Of a DNA stretch of 64,000 nt, positions 19,738-35,682 are shown one piece after another. The notes below the pieces were generated by a model. The model was not told the origin of the DNA. It made no database searches and was given only the letters and a program-made list of their open reading frames with translations. Source of the DNA: Haliotis rufescens. Lineage: Eukaryota. The translations under genes and the position numbers were made by a program. Positions within the stretch are counted from its first letter, which is position 1, and the number at the start of each line of letters is the position of its first letter. The stretch is from positions 806,001-870,000 of the forward strand of contig NW_025964353.1 in assembly GCF_023055435.1 (NCBI RefSeq), read 5' to 3'.

Positions 19738-22700
19738 TTTCTGATAGCTGGATTGATGTTTTGGTTTGTCAGTGTAGGATGCAGCAATGCAAGTGATGAT
19801 GTGATAGCTTCAGTGTGGCGTTTTATACCAGACCCTACTACTTGTGTAAACAAGACAAGTGGTAACATAATGGTCGGGTGTTGGCGAGGTGTCCATATTC
19901 CTTCAGGCAAAGATTATAATCTGTCGTAAGGACATGTCGCGTGCATCAGATCTAGTTGTAGCTTCTTCATGTAAAATAACACCTTCTGGTTACATCACTA
20001 CATCATACCTTTAATGCAAGGTTTAGAGGAAAATAACCTAATATTTTGTGAAATGAACAATTAAACACACATTAGCCATACATATTCTGATACCTCGGAT
20101 GCTTTAAATTAGTAATTAATTTTGCTAATTATTCGTGAAATGTCTACTTTAAAAGGTAATCTTATGACAGTGGAGAGACTTCTTGGATTTTGTATGTTTT
20201 CAATTTGTTTGATTTTACTGTTCAAATATGTACTTATACGCTGTTTCTCATAGATATAAAATATATTCAATATTCATAGATAAACAAGGATTTCGATATC
20301 CATTCACCAGACAGGGGCGATCATCCCCAATCCACAGTAACAAGCCCGTCTCCCTGTCTCATCTGACTGTCGAACAATCACTGTCTGATCCTGTCTTCAG
20401 GATCACTCTCATTGCGCTAATCTAAGCTTATTACTGTTGTCATTAGTTTAAGAAAACAACTCGTCAGGTTCAAGAGTAACCCATTACACGCCACAGTGAA
20501 TGTTCATGGAACGGATTACACCTTTGTTTCTTTAGATTGCAGAGATTTTACTTCACTCCTATCCTTTTCGCAAACATTTACGCAGTATGTAAGATCAATA
20601 TAAGCATAGAAAGTATCACTACCTACATATCATTTCTACTTTTCCCTAACAGGAATATTTCCAAGATTGGTATCTACACGTTGGTATCGTCTGTAATATA
20701 ACTACATTGTGTTTGTTAAAGTAGACACAATGTATGGATAACAACTTCTTGGAAAGGCGACGTTTCGGTATACATACTTATATTTATGTTATGTGTGTTA
20801 CCTTCACTCCAAGTCCATTTACGTTGGAATCTAATGATTCACTTCAAGATATCAGAACACATCTTCTCTTAAGGAAACTGTACATGGCATATGACGATCA
20901 CATATAGAATATTGTTTTTGTCTGTTCCAAACACACACACTTTCTTGCGTTTTAAATGACGAGGGAAGTGTATGGGTACATGTCATGAAACGAGATTGTC
21001 TATCATCAAAACAATACAAAGATCAATTATTTTAAATCCTTTTCAGCTGAGTGTCTATCAATATCCCGACATGTGTTATTGCGGCAATGTTTATGACGAA
21101 GTCGCCATGCATGTCAGACACCACAGTCAGCATATGCAGAAGTGTCAGACAGTTAGCATGTCTCCTGTGTTATCATCATTGCTATTTGGCCACTTGTTGT
21201 TGAATCAATATGGTGAAAGTGAATCAAAAGACATAATTAACTTCTTGATCTGTGAAGAATGAACAATTTGTACATCTCTGGAGATAACCAAAGTCGTTAT
21301 TTTCTGATTGGCTCTATTAGAATTCCAAAGTGGATTCCAATTTTCAGCTACTCGTTATGCTGAGAGTAACTGAACTATCTCAATAAACAAACTTTATATA
21401 ATTTGTTAAAATCACTGCTCCTTGAAAATAAAATATGTTCAATGTAATAACATATCTGTTCCAAACCATTTGCTGAATAGCAGTAAAATCATATTGCGTT
21501 GTCTATTTTCCGTTGCAGTATGCTCTTTAAAACAACAGGAATGGAAGACACTCATTTGAATGAAGAACTATTGTTTTCAGCGAAATTATGTGTAAGCATG
21601 AGAATATTTTCTCCATAAATTATCTTTAAACTAATTCCTAAATGATGTATCTTTTAATTTCTACTATTGATAGTGAAGTAGGTTGATACATTTACGAAAA
21701 GGTTATTATTAGATTTAACTCTACACACTGTATCAGAAACACTCCATTAATTCGTTCTGCTGTTCAACATAAAGGCAACGTTAGACGCCGAAAAACAACC
21801 ATCATTACTTGTAACAAGCCTGTCTTCCAGTGAGTGAGTGAGTATTGTTTTACGCCGCTTTTAGCAATATTCCAGCAATATTACGGCGGGGAACACCAGA
21901 AATGCTGTCTTCCAGACTCGTCTAACTAGAATAATCATAGTCTAACCCTGTTAATGATTAAACTGCTAAACTTTTCCACCAATAATCCTATCCAATCGAT
22001 GTCCTTGTTGGTGAAATGAAAACAGTTCATCACACTATTCTGTCAGAGATTGAAGACATTTTTATTGGTATTTACAGAACTGACTTTGAGGCCCTTCGCG
22101 ATCTGCATGGGTAGACTCAGTCGCTTGTAGTTGCAAGCAAATATATTAAAGTGACAGTACAGCTATTTGAGAGTGTTCATAGAAATATCGAAGTTGGATG
22201 TAAACATGACAGGGAATATTATTAGGTTCAACAACTTCTTTATTATTCAAATACATGTACAACGTTCCATGGCTACTTCTTGTACCTTCACCTGATGAAG
22301 TTGTGTATGTGCAATAAAGAAGTTGTTATCCATAATAATACTCCTTGTCACGAGTACATGTTTTTGAAAAAAAAAAACAACAATAATTTATATTTAGGAA
22401 CTAAAATGCTGTCACAAGTACGCGTTCAACTAATTTACCGATTGTGAGGTGCATTCAAATGTTGCAGGAATATTTCTTTTACAATCGTTTATGATGGAGT
22501 AAGCCACATAGACTGAAGGGTTTATCTTCACATTGTGAGTGCAAAATGTTCTTTGTAGCACTAGAGGTACACATTGTACAGTGTATTATCAGAACATGTC
22601 CAAGACAGATCGAACAATTAACCAGTGAAAGACAAAGCATCAAGACATTTTATCAATACAAGTTTATTAGTATAAATAATAATAGCACTGATACGGTTAT

Positions 22701-22746
22701 CACATGGCATTCTCAAACCTCTCAAACGTTTTATGCTTGGTGGACG

Positions 22747-24045
22747 TCACCGACAGCCACATTCAGAGGCGATCATGTCTTCGTGATGACGTACAACGAC
22801 TTCGCCATCCTCCACGTACATCATACTGAGAGGTTCCAGTTTGGTAGGGACACAACAAGGGGAGGGAGCGACGTTGGAACGCTTGCTTCTCATGAGTGAC
22901 TGCAACATGGCGTGGTTGGTGGGTTTGTGGCGGACGTCGATCGGGGAGGGACAGTTTCCGTGACAGAATTTGGAGTTGAAGCGTGTAGGGTGGATGATCC
23001 ACTGTCCCCAGCCGATTGTGTTGAAGTCCACGTCAAAATCGTACAGACGACAGCCTTGTTTCTTTCCTGCCTTATTCCATCTTCTGTTCTTGCGTCGACG
23101 ACGTCTGATTATGTCAGGTGCAGATCTCTTACCACGCGATGCGCTATTCATCAATCCATCGTATGTAGACTGCTCTTTAAACAAAACGTTTTGAAGAAAG
23201 TCCTGATTTTCCAAATACAAAACAAGTAAGTTTTCATAGACTTCGGATGTTGTTTTCGAAAGAAGTCGGAAGAAAGTCCGCGGCATTTCCACATGAATGG
23301 TGACGTCACCGTGGTAACCGTTGACCCAGGCAGTGATGGCTCGACTGATGTCAAAAACAAAATCTTCACGGTGTGTAGTAGGTTGGACTCTGATGGTAAC
23401 TTTTCTTGCGATCTTCTTTCCCTTGAAAATGCTGACCTTGACCTTGTACTTCTTTAGAAGGGAGAGAGCGCGTGGGCACCGGAACTCAGCTAATCGGAGA
23501 CTCTCGTCCTTAGGCAGACTAGGTATCTTGAACGAAAGGCCAACTCTGCTGCTTTCATTGATTTTACTCATGTCTGAAATAAGAAACAGGATCATATTAA
23601 AAAGTAAATAAAAAGGTGAAGCATTTTTCCAAAATAGATTCTTGTTTGGAATCAGAAAGATATTTTCCGGGTTTGTATTGCACATCTACACACCAGTCAG
23701 TCTGGTGTTAAGCTTACCTTTAGCTGCGAAGCTCCTGATAGTGTCGACTTTCATAAAATCAGCTGTTTTGAGCTTTCTGCCTGCTGCTGTTGCAAGTGGT
23801 GCCCCCTTTTGAAGAATATTAAACAATCGCAGCATGAATTTGGTTGAATCCTTTTGATAATCAACTGTATGACTCAGCTTGCTGACAAAAGGGGATATGT
23901 CTGCAACATGTTTTCCCTCATTCCGGTAAGTGTGGGGTTTGACTTGAAACTCCTGGTTTAGCCATTGTTTGGGTGAAACTAAGCGACGTGCTCCAACATT
24001 GGCGAGATATGTCAGAAATAAAATGGCGATTTTACACTGCGACAT
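22747..24045 (-). CDS. nodal: Nodal type A copy 3, 384 aa; exons 24045-23718 and 23573-22747
   Basis: Same structure, open frame, intact seven-Cys domain. Confidence 0.9.
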
Positions 24046-27000
24046 TTTCTGATAGCTGGATTGATGTTTTGGTTTGTCAGTGTAGGATGCAGCAATGCAA
24101 GTGATGATGTGATAGCTTCAGTGTGGCGTTTTATACCAGACCCTACTACTTGTGTAAACAAGACAAGTGGTAACATAATGGTCGGGTGTTGGCGAGGTGT
24201 CCATATTCCTTCAGGCAAAGATTATAATCTGTCGTAAGGACATGTCGCGTGCATCAGATCTAGTTGTAGCTTCTTCATGTAAAATAACACCTTCTGGTTA
24301 CATCACTACATCATACCTTTAATGCAAGGTTTAGAGGAAAATAACCTAATATTTTGTGAAATGAACAATTAAACACACATTAGCCATACATATTCTGATA
24401 CCTCGGATGCTTTAAATTAGTAATTAATTTTGCTAATTATTCGTGAAATGTCTACTTTAAAAGGTAATCTTATGACAGTGGAGAGACTTCTTGGATTTTG
24501 TATGTTTTCAATTTGTTTGATTTTACTGTTCAAATATGTACTTATACGCTGTTTCTCATAGATATAAAATATATTCAATATTCATAGATAAACAAGGATT
24601 TCGATATCCATTCACCAGACAGGGGCGATCATCCCCAATCCACAGTAACAAGCCCGTCTCCCTGTCTCATCTGACTGTCGAACAATCACTGTCTGATCCT
24701 GTCTTCAGGATCACTCTCATTGCGCTAATCTAAGCTTATTACTGTTGTCATTAGTTTAAGAAAACAACTCGTCAGGTTCAAGAGTAACCCATTACACGCC
24801 ACAGTGAATGTTCATGGAACGGATTACACCTTTGTTTCTTTAGATTGCAGAGATTTTACTTCACTCCTATCCTTTTCGCAAACATTTACGCAGTATGTAA
24901 GATCAATATAAGCATAGAAAGTATCACTACCTACATATCATTTGTACTTTTCCCTAACAGGAATATTTCCAAGATTGGTATCTACACGTTGGTATCGTCT
25001 GTAATATAACTACATTGTGTTTGTTAAAGTAGACACAATGTATGGATAACAACTTCTTGGAAAGGCGACGTTTCGGTATACATACTTATATTTATGTTAT
25101 GTGTGTTACCTTCACTCCAAGTTCATTTACGTTGGAATCTAATGATTCACTTCAAGATATCAGAACACATCTTCTCTTAAGGAAACTGTACATGGCATAT
25201 GACGATCACATATAGAATATTGTTTTTGTCTGTTCCAAACACACACACTTTCTTGCGTTTTAAATGACGAGGGAAGTGTATGGGTACATGTCATGAAACG
25301 AGATTGTCTATCATCAAAACAATACAAAGATCAATTATTTTAAATCCTTTTCAGCTGAGTGTCTATCAATATCCCGACATGTGTTATTGCGGCAATGTTT
25401 ATGACGAAGTCGCCATGCATGTCAGACACCACAGTCAGCATATGCAGAAGTGTCAGACAGTTAGCATGTCTCCTGTGTTATCATCATTGCTATTTGGCCA
25501 CTTGTTGTTGAATCAATATGGTGAAAGTGAATCAAAAGACATAATTAACTTCTTGATCTGTGAAGAATGAACAATTTGTACATCTCTGGATATAACCAAA
25601 GTCGTTATTTTCTGATTGGCTCTATTAGAATTCCAAAGTGGATTCCAATTTTCAGCTACTCGTTATGCTGAGAGTAACTGAACTATCTCAATAAACAAAC
25701 TTTATATAATTTGTTAAAATCACTGCTCCTTGAAAATAAAATATGTTCAATGTAATAACATATCTGTTCCAAACCATTTGCTGAATAGCAGTAAAATCAT
25801 ATTGCGTTGTCTATTTTCCGTTGCAGTATGCTCTTTAAAACAACAGGAATGGAAGACACTCATTTGAATGAAGAACTATTGTTTTCAGCGAAATTATGTG
25901 TAAGCATGAGAATATTTTCTCCATAAATTATCTTTAAACTAATTCCTAAATGATGTATCTTTTAATTTCTACTATTGATAGTGAAGTAGGTTGATACATT
26001 TACGAAAAGGTTATTATTAGATTTAACTCTACACTCTGTATCAGAAACACTCCATTAATTCGTTCTGCTGTTCAACATAAAGGCAACGTTAGACGCCGAA
26101 AAACAACCATCATTACTTGTAACAAGCCTGTCTTCCAGTGAGTGAGTGAGTATTGTTTTACGCCGCTTTTAGCAATATTCCAGCAATATTACGGCGGGGA
26201 ACACCAGAAATGCTGTCTTCCAGACTCGTCTAACTAGAATAATCATAGTCTAACCCTGTTAATGATTAAACTGCTAAACTTTTCCACCAATAATCCTATC
26301 CAATCGATGTCCTTGTTGGTGAAATGAAAACAGTTCATCACACTATTCTGTCAGAGATTGAAGACATTTTTATTGGTATTTACAGAACTGACTTTGAGGC
26401 CCTTCGCGATCTGCATGGGTAGACTCAGTCGCTTGTAGTTGCAAGCAAATATATTAAAGTGACAGTACAGCTATTTGAGAGTGTTTATAGAAATATCGAA
26501 GTTGGATGTAAACATGACAGGGAATATTATTAGGTTCAACAACTTCTTTATTATTCAAATACATGTACAACGTTCCATGGCTACTTCTTGTACCTTCACC
26601 TGATGAAGTTGTGTATGTGCAATAAAGAAGTTGTTATCCATAATAATACTCCTTGTCACGAGTACATGTTTTTGAAAAAAAAAAACAACAATAATTTATA
26701 TTTAGGAACTAAAATGCTGTCACAAGTACGCGTTCAACTAATTTACCGATTGTGAGGTGCATTCAAATGTTGCAGGAATATTTCTTTTACAATCGTTTAT
26801 GATGGAGTAAGCCACATAGACTGAAGGGTTTATCTTCACATTGTGAGTGCAAAATGTTCTTTGTAGCACTAGAGGTACACATTGTACAGTGTATTATCAG
26901 AACATGTCCAAGACAGATCGAACAATTAACCAGTGAAAGACAAAGCATCAAGACATTTTATCAATACAAGTTTATTAGTATAAATAATAATAGCACTGAT

Positions 27001-27054
27001 ACGGTTATCACATGGCATTCTCAAACCTCTCAAACGTTTTATGCTTGGTGGACG

Positions 27055-28353
27055 TCACCGACAGCCACATTCAGAGGCGATCATGTCTTCGTGATGACGT
27101 ACAACGACTTCGCCATCCTCCGCGTACATCATACTGAGAGGTTCCAGTTTGGTAGGGACACAACAAGGGGAGGGAGCGACGTTGGAACGCTTGCTTCTCA
27201 TGAGTGACTGCAACATGGCGTGGTTGGTGGGTTTGTGGCGGACGTCGATCGGGGAGGGACAGTTTCCGTGACAGAATTTGGAGTTGAAGCGTGTAGGGTG
27301 GATGATCCACTGTCCCCAGCCGATTGTGTTGAAGTCCACGTCAAAATCGTACAGACGACAGCCTTGTTTCTTTCCTGCCTTATTCCATCTTCTGTTCTTG
27401 CGTCGACGACGTCTGATTATGTCAGGTGCAGATCTCTTACCACGCGATGCGCTATTCATCAATCCATCGTATGTAGACTGCTCTTTAAACAAAACGTTTT
27501 GAAGAAAGTCCTGATTTTCCAAATACAAAACAAGTAAGTTTTCATAGGCATCGGATGTTGTTTTCGAAAGAAGTCGGAAGAAAGTCCGCGGCATTTCCAC
27601 ATGAATGGTGACGTCACCGTGGTAACCGTTGACCCAGGCAGTGATGGCTCGACTGATGTCAAAAACAAAATCTTCACGGTGTGTAGTAGGTTGGACTCTG
27701 ATGGTAACTTTTCTTGCGATCTTCTTTCCCTTGAAAATGCTGACCTTGACCTTGTACTTCTTTAGAAGGGAGAGAGCGCGTGGGCACCGGAACTCAGCTA
27801 ATCGGAGACTCTCGTCCTTAGGCAGACTAGGTATCTTGAACGAAAGGCCAACTCTGCTGCTTTCATTGATTTTACTCATGTCTGAAATAAGAAACAGGAT
27901 CATATTAAAAAGTAAATAAAAAGGTGAAGCATTTTTCCAAAATAGATTCTTGTTTGGAATCAGAAAGATATTTTCCGGGTTTGTATTGCACATCTACACA
28001 CCAGTCAGTCTGGTGTTAAGCTTACCTTTAGCTGCGAAGCTCCTGATAGTGTCGACTTTCATAAAATCAGCTGTTTTGAGCTTTCTGCCTGCTGCTGTTG
28101 CAAGTGGTGCCCCCTTTTGAAGAATATTAAACAATCGCAGCATGAATTTGGTTGAATCCTTTTGATAATCAACTGTATGACTCAGCTTGCTGACAAAAGG
28201 GGATATGTCTGCAACATGTTTTCCCTCATTCCGGTAAGTGTGGGGTTTGACTTGAAACTCCTGGTTTAGCCATTGTTTGGGTGAAGCTAAGCGACGTGCT
28301 CCAACATTGGCGAGATATGTCAGAAATAAAATGGCGATTTTACACTGCGACAT
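27055..28353 (-). CDS. nodal: Nodal type A copy 4, 384 aa; exons 28353-28026 and 27881-27055
   Basis: Intact; variants SDAYE and MYAED. Confidence 0.9.
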
Positions 28354-31300
28354 TTTCTGATAGCTGGATTGATGTTTTGGTTTGTCAGTGTAGGATGCAG
28401 CAATGCAAGTGATGATGTGATAGCTTCAGTGTGGCGTTTTATACCAGACCCTACTACTTGTGTAAACAAGACAAGTGGTAACATAATGGTCGGGTGTTGG
28501 CGAGGTGTCCATATTCCTTCAGGCAAAGATTATAATCTGTCGTAAGGACATGTCGCGTGCATCAGATCTAGTTGTAGCTTCTTCATGTAAAATAACACCT
28601 TCTGGTTACATCACTACATCATACCTTTAATGCAAGGTTTAGAGGAAAATAACCTAATATTTTGTGAAATGAACAATTAAACACACATTAGCCATACATA
28701 TTCTGATACCTCGGATGCTTTAAATTAGTAATTAATTTTGCTAATTATTCGTGAAATGTCTACTTTAAAAGGTAATCTTATGACAGTGGAGAGACTTCTT
28801 GGATTTTGTATGTTTTCAATTTGTTTGATTTTACTGTTCAAATATGTACTTATACGCTGTTTCTCATAGATATAAAATATATTCAATATTCATAGATAAA
28901 CAAGGATTTCGATATCCATTCACCAGACAGGGGCGATCATCCCCAATCCACAGTAACAAGCCCGTCTCCCTGTCTCATCTGACTGTCGAACAATCACTGT
29001 CTGATCCTGTCTTCAGGATCACTCTCATTGCGCTAATCTAAGCTTATTACTGTTGTCATTAGTTTAAGAAAACAACTCGTCAGGTTCAAGAGTAACCCAT
29101 TACACGCCACAGTGAATGTTCATGGAACGGATTACACCTTTGTTTCTTTAGATTGCAGAGATTTTACTTCACTCCTATCCTTTTCGCAAACATTTACGCA
29201 GTATGTAAGATCAATATAAGCATAGAAAGTATCACTACCTACATATCATTTGTACTTTTCCCTAACAGGAATATTTCCAAGATTGGTATCTACACGTTGG
29301 TATCGTCTGTAATATAACTACATTGTGTTTGTTAAAGTAGACACAATGTATGGATAACAACTTCTTGGAAAGGCGACGTTTCGGTATACATACTTATATT
29401 TATGTTATGTGTGTTACCTTCACTCCAAGTCCATTTACGTTGGAATCTAATGATTCACTTCAAGATATCAGAACACATCTTCTCTTAAGGAAACTGTACA
29501 TGGCATATGACGATCACATATAGAATATTGTTTTTGTCTGTTCCAAACACACACACTTTCTTGCGTTTTAAATGACGAGGGAAGTGTATGGGTACATGTC
29601 ATGAAACGAGATTGTCTATCATCAAAACAATACAAAGATCAATTATTTTAAATCCTTTTCAGCTGAGTGTCTATCAATATCCCGACATGTGTTATTGCGG
29701 CAATGTTTATGACGAAGTCGCCATGCATGTCAGACACCACAGTCAGCATATGCAGAAGTGTCAGACAGTTAGCATGTCTCCTGTGTTATCATCATTGCTA
29801 TTTGGCCACTTGTTGTTGAATCAATATGGTGAAAGTGAATCAAAAGACATAATTAACTTCTTGATCTGTGAAGAATGAACAATTTGTACATCTCTGGAGA
29901 TAACCAAAGTCGTTATTTTCTGATTGGCTCTATTAGAATTCCAAAGTGGATTCCAATTTTCAGCTACTCGTTATGCTGAGAGTAACTGAACTATCTCAAT
30001 AAACAAACTTTATATAATTTGTTAAAATCACTGCTCCTTGAAAATAAAATATGTTCAATGTAATAACATATCTGTTCCAAACCATTTGCTGAATAGCAGT
30101 AAAATCATATTGCGTTGTCTATTTTCCGTTGCAGTATGCTCTTTAAAACAACAGGAATGGAAGACACTCATTTGAATGAAGAACTATTGTTTTCAGCGAA
30201 ATTATGTGTAAGCATGAGAATATTTTCTCCATAAATTATCTTTAAACTAATTCCTAAATGATGTATCTTTTAATTTCTACTATTGATAGTGAAGTAGGTT
30301 GATACATTTACGAAAAGGTTATTATTAGATTTAACTCTACACACTGTATCAGAAACACTCCATTAATTCGTTCTGCTGTTCAACATAAAGGCAACGTTAG
30401 ACGCCGAAAAACAACCATCATTACTTGTAACAAGCCTGTCTTCCAGTGAGTGAGTGAGTGAGTGAGTGAGTATTGTTTTACGCCGCTTTTAGCAATATTC
30501 CAGCAATATAACGGCGGGGGACACCAGAAATGCCGTCTTCCAGACTCGTCTAACTAGAATACTCATAGTCTAACCCTGTTAATGATTAAACTGCTAAACT
30601 TTTCCACCAATAATCCTATCCAATCGATGTCCTTGTTGGTGAAATGAAAACAGTTCATCACACTATTCTGTCAGAGATTGAAGACATTTTTATTGGTATT
30701 TACAGAACTGACTTTGAGGCCCTTCGCGATCTGCATGGGTAGACTCAGTCGCTTGTAGTTGCAAGCAAATATATTAAAGTGACAGTACAGCTATTTGAGA
30801 GTGTTCATAGAAATATCGAAGTTGGATGTAAACATGACAGGGAATATTATTAGGTTCAACAACTTCTTTATTATTCAAATACATGTACAACGTTCCATGG
30901 CTACTTCTTGTACCTTCACCTGATGAAGTTGTGTATGTGCAATAAAGAAGTTGTTATCCATAATAATACTCCTTGTCACGAGTACATGTTTTTGAAAAAA
31001 AAAAACAACAATAATTTATATTTAGGAACTAAAATGCTGTCACAAGTACGCGTTCAACTAATTTACCGATTGTGAGGTGCATTCAAATGTTGCAGGAATA
31101 TTTCTTTTACAATCGTTTATGATGGAGTAAGCCACATAGACTGAAGGGTTTATCTTCACATTGTGAGTGCAAAATGTTCTTTGTAGCACTAGAGGTACAC
31201 ATTGTACAGTGTATTATCAGAACATGTCCAAGACAGATCGAACAATTAACCAGTGAAAGACAAAGCATCAAGACATTTTATCAATACAAGTTTATTAGTA

Positions 31301-31374
31301 TAAATAATAATAGCACTGATACGGTTATCACATGGCATTCTCAAACCTCTCAAACGTTTTATGCTTGGTGGACG

Positions 31375-32673
31375 TCACCGACAGCCACATTCAGAGGCGA
31401 TCATGTCTTCGTGATGACGTACAACGACTTCGCCATCCTCCACGTACATCATACTGAGAGGTTCCAGTTTGGTAGGGACACAACAAGGGGAGGGAGCGAC
31501 GTTGGAACGCTTGCTTCTCATGAGTGACTGCAACATGGCGTGGTTGGTGGGTTTGTGGCGGACGTCGATCGGGGAGGGACAGTTTCCGTGACAGAATTTG
31601 GAGTTGAAGCGTGTAGGGTGGATGATCCACTGTCCCCAGCCGATTGTGTTGAAGTCCACGTCAAAATCGTACAGACGACAGCCTTGTTTCTTTCCTGCCT
31701 TATTCCATCTTCTGTTCTTGCGTCGACGACGTCTGATTATGTCAGGTGCAGATCTCTTACCACGCGATGCGCTATTCATCAATCCATCGTATGTAGACTG
31801 CTCTTTAAACAAAACGTTTTGAAGAAAGTCCTGATTTTCCAAATACAAAACAAGTAAGTTTTCATAGACTTCGGATGTTGTTTTCGAAAGAAGTCGGAAG
31901 AAAGTCCGCGGCATTTCCACATGAATGGTGACGTCACCGTGGTAACCGTTGACCCAGGCAGTGATGGCTCGACTGATGTCAAAAACAAAATCTTCACGGT
32001 GTGTAGTAGGTTGGACTCTGATGGTAACTTTTCTTGCGATCTTCTTTCCCTTGAAAATGCTGACCTTGACCTTGTACTTCTTTAGAAGGGAGAGAGCGCG
32101 TGGGCACCGGAACTCAGCTAATCGGAGACTCTCGTCCTTAGGCAGACTAGGTATCTTGAACGAAAGGCCAACTCTGCTGCTTTCATTGATTTTACTCATG
32201 TCTGAAATAAGAAACAGGATCATATTAAAAAGTAAATAAAAAGGTGAAGCATTTTTCCAAAATAGATTCTTGTTTGGAATCAGAAAGATATTTTCCGGGT
32301 TTGTATTGCACATCTACACACCAGTCAGTCTGGTGTTAAGCTTACCTTTAGCTGCGAAGCTCCTGATAGTGTCGACTTTCATAAAATCAGCTGTTTTGAG
32401 CTTTCTGCCTGCTGCTGTTGCAAGTGGTGCCCCCTTTTGAAGAATATTAAACAATCGCAGCATGAATTTGGTTGAATCCTTTTGATAATCAACTGTATGA
32501 CTCAGCTTGCTGACAAAAGGGGATATGTCTGCAACATGTTTTCCCTCATTCCGGTAAGTGTGGGGTTTGACTTGAAACTCCTGGTTTAGCCATTGTTTGG
32601 GTGAAACTAAGCGACGTGCTCCAACATTGGCGAGATATGTCAGAAATAAAATGGCGATTTTACACTGCGACAT
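31375..32673 (-). CDS. nodal: Nodal type A copy 5, 384 aa; exons 32673-32346 and 32201-31375
   Basis: Intact; translation matches copy 3 (RRLVS, SEVYE, MYVED). Confidence 0.9.
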
Positions 32674-35600
32674 TTTCTGATAGCTGGATTGATGTTTTGG
32701 TTTGTCAGTGTAGGATGCAGCAATGCAAGTGATGATGTGATAGCTTCAGTGTGGCGTTTTATACCAGACCCTACTACTTGTGTAAACAAGACAAGTGGTA
32801 ACATAATGGTCGGGTGTTGGCGAGGTGTCCATATTCCTTCAGGCAAAGATTATAATCTGTCGTAAGGACATGTCGCGTGCATCAGATCTAGTTGTAGCTT
32901 CTTCATGTAAAATAACACCTTCTGGTTACATCACTACATCATACCTTTAATGCAAGGTTTAGAGGAAAATAACCTAATATTTTGTGAAATGAACAATTAA
33001 ACACACATTAGCCATACATATTCTGATACCTCGGATGCTTTAAATTAGTAATTAATTTTGCTAATTATTCGTGAAATGTCTACTTTAAAAGGTAATCTTA
33101 TGACAGTGGAGAGACTTCTTGGATTTTGTATGTTTTCAATTTGTTTGATTTTACTGTTCAAATATGTACTTATACGCTGTTTCTCATAGATATAAAATAT
33201 ATTCAATATTCATAGATAAACAAGGATTTCGATATCCATTCACCAGACAGGGGCGATCATCCCCAATCCACAGTAACAAGCCCGTCTCCCTGTCTCATCT
33301 GACTGTCGAACAATCACTGTCTGATCCTGTCTTCAGGATCACTCTCATTGCGCTAATCTAAGCTTATTACTGTTGTCATTAGTTTAAGAAAACAACTCGT
33401 CAGGTTCAAGAGTAACCCATTACACGCCACAGTGAATGTTCATGGAACGGATTACACCTTTGTTTCTTTAGATTGCAGAGATTTTACTTCACTCCTATCC
33501 TTTTCGCAAACATTTACGCAGTATGTAAGATCAATATAAGCATAGAAAGTATCACTACCTACATATCATTTGTACTTTTCCCTAACAGGAATATTTCCAA
33601 GATTGGTATCTACACGTTGGTATCGTCTGTAATATAACTACATTGTGTTTGTTAAAGTAGACACAATGTATGGATAACAACTTCTTGGAAAGGCGACGTT
33701 TCGGTATACATACTTATATTTATGTTATGTGTGTTACCTTCACTCCAAGTTCATTTACGTTGGAATCTAATGATTCACTTCAAGATATCAGAACACATCT
33801 TCTCTTAAGGAAACTGTACATGGCATATGACGATCACATATAGAATATTGTTTTTGTCTGTTCCAAACACACACACTTTCTTGCGTTTTAAATGACGAGG
33901 GAAGTGTATGGGTACATGTCATGAAACGAGATTGTCTATCATCAAAACAATACAAAGATCAATTATTTTAAATCCTTTTCAGCTGAGTGTCTATCAATAT
34001 CCCGACATGTGTTATTGCGGCAATGTTTATGACGAAGTCGCCATGCATGTCAGACACCACAGTCAGCATATGCAGAAGTGTCAGACAGTTAGCATGTCTC
34101 CTGTGTTATCATCATTGCTATTTGGCCACTTGTTGTTGAATCAATATGGTGAAAGTGAATCAAAAGACATAATTAACTTCTTGATCTGTGAAGAATGAAC
34201 AATTTGTACATCTCTGGATATAACCAAAGTCGTTATTTTCTGATTGGCTCTATTAGAATTCCAAAGTGGATTCCAATTTTCAGCTACTCGTTATGCTGAG
34301 AGTAACTGAACTATCTCAATAAACAAACTTTATATAATTTGTTAAAATCACTGCTCCTTGAAAATAAAATATGTTCAATGTAATAACATATCTGTTCCAA
34401 ACCATTTGCTGAATAGCAGTAAAATCATATTGCGTTGTCTATTTTCCGTTGCAGTATGCTCTTTAAAACAACAGGAATGGAAGACACTCATTTGAATGAA
34501 GAACTATTGTTTTCAGCGAAATTATGTGTAAGCATGAGAATATTTTCTCCATAAATTATCTTTAAACTAATTCCTAAATGATGTATCTTTTAATTTCTAC
34601 TATTGATAGTGAAGTAGGTTGATACATTTACGAAAAGGTTATTATTAGATTTAACTCTACACTCTGTATCAGAAACACTCCATTAATTCGTTCTGCTGTT
34701 CAACATAAAGGCAACGTTAGACGCCGAAAAACAACCATCATTACTTGTAACAAGCCTGTCTTCCAGTGAGTGAGTGAGTATTGTTTTACGCCGCTTTTAG
34801 CAATATTCCAGCAATATTACGGCGGGGAACACCAGAAATGCTGTCTTCCAGACTCGTCTAACTAGAATAATCATAGTCTAACCCTGTTAATGATTAAACT
34901 GCTAAACTTTTCCACCAATAATCCTATCCAATCGATGTCCTTGTTGGTGAAATGAAAACAGTTCATCACACTATTCTGTCAGAGATTGAAGACATTTTTA
35001 TTGGTATTTACAGAACTGACTTTGAGGCCCTTCGCGATCTGCATGGGTAGACTCAGTCGCTTGTAGTTGCAAGCAAATATATTAAAGTGACAGTACAGCT
35101 ATTTGAGAGTGTTTATAGAAATATCGAAGTTGGATGTAAACATGACAGGGAATATTATTAGGTTCAACAACTTCTTTATTATTCAAATACATGTACAACG
35201 TTCCATGGCTACTTCTTGTACCTTCACCTGATGAAGTTGTGTATGTGCAATAAAGAAGTTGTTATCCATAATAATACTCCTTGTCACGAGTACATGTTTT
35301 TGAAAAAAAACAACAACAATAATTTATATTTAGGAACTAAAATGCTGTCACAAGTACGCGTTCAACTAATTTACCGATTGTGAGGTGCATTCAAATGTTG
35401 CAGGAATATTTCTTTTACAATCGTTTATGATGGAGTAAGCCACATAGACTGAAGGGTTTATCTTCACATTGTGAGTGCAAAATGTTCTTTGTAGCACTAG
35501 AGGTACACATTGTACAGTGTATTATCAGAACATGTCCAAGACAGATCGAACAATTAACCAGTGAAAGACAAAGCATCAAGACATTTTATCAATACAAGTT

Positions 35601-35682
35601 TATTAGTATAAATAATAATAGCACTGATACGGTTATCACATGGCATTCTCAAACCTCTCAAACGTTTTATGCTTGGTGGACG